64,000 bases of DNA from Mytilus edulis (Eukaryota). Numbering within the stretch: the stretch's first letter is position 1; every line of letters begins with the position of its first letter. Shown here one piece after another: positions 62,173-64,000 of the stretch. The notes under the pieces are model-generated. The model did not search any database. It was not told the origin of the DNA and saw only the letters and a program-made list of their open reading frames with translations. Made by a program: the position numbers and the translations under genes. The DNA lies in the NCBI RefSeq assembly GCF_963676685.1, contig NC_092345.1:92628001-92692000 (forward strand). The letters run 5' to 3'.

Positions 62173-63708
62173 TTTATGGATATAGACTTATTACTAATAG
62201 TAATATACATACATACAGCTGAACCTCCTTTCAGTCCTGGCCTCAGCTTCTTATAAGTTTTGTATTTTAAATGAATTATTGATTGTAGAAAGTTTCAGAA
62301 TAATAAGTTATTTCTCCTATAGAACATAACTATGTTTGGTTTTAATAGTCACTGGACCTTTCATAAATTTATATTTCCTGGTCACAGTTACCAAACATAT
62401 AGCTAACTTATTCAACATTGTTCATCAGATACATATCTGTTTTACATACATACATCAACAGCCCTCTAAGTAATGATAAAAATAACCATGTGCTTTCAAA
62501 AGATTGAAACAAACTCCTTGAGGTTCAACTGTATTAAAAATCTATTTGAAACTGACTTAAATGATATAGATATATATATCACAGGCTCAGCTAGTATAAA
62601 TTATAACAAGACTTTAGGCAAAACCATTATACAGATATAAAATAGGCATGGGGATTGGGGATTACATAATATACATTATGTAGTATCTTTATTATTTAAT
62701 TTAAAGTATTTTTATGACAAAATAAAAATTGTTTGAAATCGAATAAATGACAGTAAAATTTTTAAACTTATTATTTCTGAGGAAAATAAAAGATAATTTT
62801 TGTACATGTTAATTTATTTTAAATGAAGGACATTTTAGAAACTTAATTTAATACATTTAATTCAAGTGAAAATAAGAATTGTGTAAATATCTTCTAAAAT
62901 CATTGATACAAATGTTCATGTTTATAGAAAGGGCAAAAAATCCAAACTAATGCCACCTCTAGTTCCATTGAGACGGTCTATGAGTGAGACTTCTATTTGA
63001 GATAATTCTCTATTATACCAGGTAGGCATCTGTTAGCCATACAGATTGATAAAATAAAGTTGAATTGAGGATTTTTTCTTGCCATATCTGCTGTAGTTAG
63101 GAAATTAGATGTAAACACAGTCCGGGTATTGATTTTTTTTAAGTTTATTATTATTTTTAACATATTTTTGTGTTGTCAACATGTAATATATTTCCAGCAT
63201 TGATGGCTTTAGTGTTTTCACTTGCAAACAACTCTAGTTGTAAAATTTTTGGGGAAAATGATCGCAGGAACATGTGTGGTTGTGATTCACAACATTTTGT
63301 TTTTCTTTGAATATTTACAGAACAGATAAATTCAACATGATAAAAAGTTAATATCAGAGTTAGATTTTACACTATAACAAGCGTTTAGCCTTCATGTAAA
63401 ACAACTACTTTACGGGGAAATCCTGAAATGACAATAAAAAATCTCAAAATGTAAATACATTTAGCCAAATGCTAGATAGTTCAATTACATCAGCTAGAGT
63501 TGTTACTTATTTTATGTGTTTGGTTTACTTATATTAATGAGTTTGTTATAGTATAGTTGTATTATTGGTAGTTTAGATAAAATGTTCAATGTTGTATGAT
63601 ATGATAGGATGAAAATCTGTTAATATTCATTTCCTTATTTTTTGTGCTATTTTCACATTTCTTGATCAGTGTGAGAAAAGTGTATCTCCTTACTGTTCTC
63701 AGCAATTA

Positions 63709-64000
63709 CCGTATTTATTCTAATAAACGCCCCGGGGGCGAAGACAATTTCCGAAAGGGGGGGCGTCAATAAGAGAAACGAATTTCGTACCTTACTTCAT
63801 TGACCTTAACCTGAATTTTGTTGAAACAGACTATAGTAACATACACGCGTGTTTCTTATTGTCTCCATAATCTATAAATAGCGTTTATCGGTAACTGTGA
63901 CCTCATGTAATAATTTGTTAAAATTTTCGAATGAACAAGCGTGAACATCAATGGAACATAATTTCAACAGCTGAATTAGGGGTCATTATGTATCCAAAAG
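63709..64000. mobile_element. Left end of a probable Tc1/mariner(pogo)-type element running off the window
   Basis: TA|CCGTATTTATTCTAATAAACGCCC terminus with an abrupt rise in CpG. The other end is not visible. Confidence 0.45.

Overview
AT-rich, intron-rich eukaryotic (animal) genomic DNA. The repeat families resemble those of bivalve molluscs, probably Mytilus (inference). I reconstructed three spliced actin/cytokinesis genes by hand with phase-consistent GT-AG junctions. (1) The 3' part of an AIP3/Bud6-domain SRCIN1/KIAA1217/CG32809-family gene (+, 5-14802). (2) A complete ARPC2 (-, 27171-36384, 11 coding exons, 299 aa). (3) RACGAP1/CYK-4 (+, 43733 to at least 59405, 18 exons, ~623 codons), head-to-head with ARPC2. 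Introns and intergenic DNA are packed with non-autonomous transposons: Helentron/HINE elements with tandem cores, hAT-, Kolobok-, Harbinger- and Tc1/mariner-type MITEs, and hairpin/foldback elements. The most notable observations are these. A very young 3.1-kb LTR element (tRNA-Pro PBS, PPT, 4-bp TSD, LTRs differing at 2/466 nt) lacks gag/pol but carries three unexplained sense ORFs, one of them missed by the ORF track. Four independent tandem duplications straddle splice junctions, with at least one in each of the three genes. A putative CCAAT/CHR bidirectional promoter lies between ARPC2 and RACGAP1. An inverted self-nested Helentron satellite forms a ~1.5-kb stem. An intronic foldback element creates a candidate poison exon. 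Most short ORFs in the supplied track are spurious.
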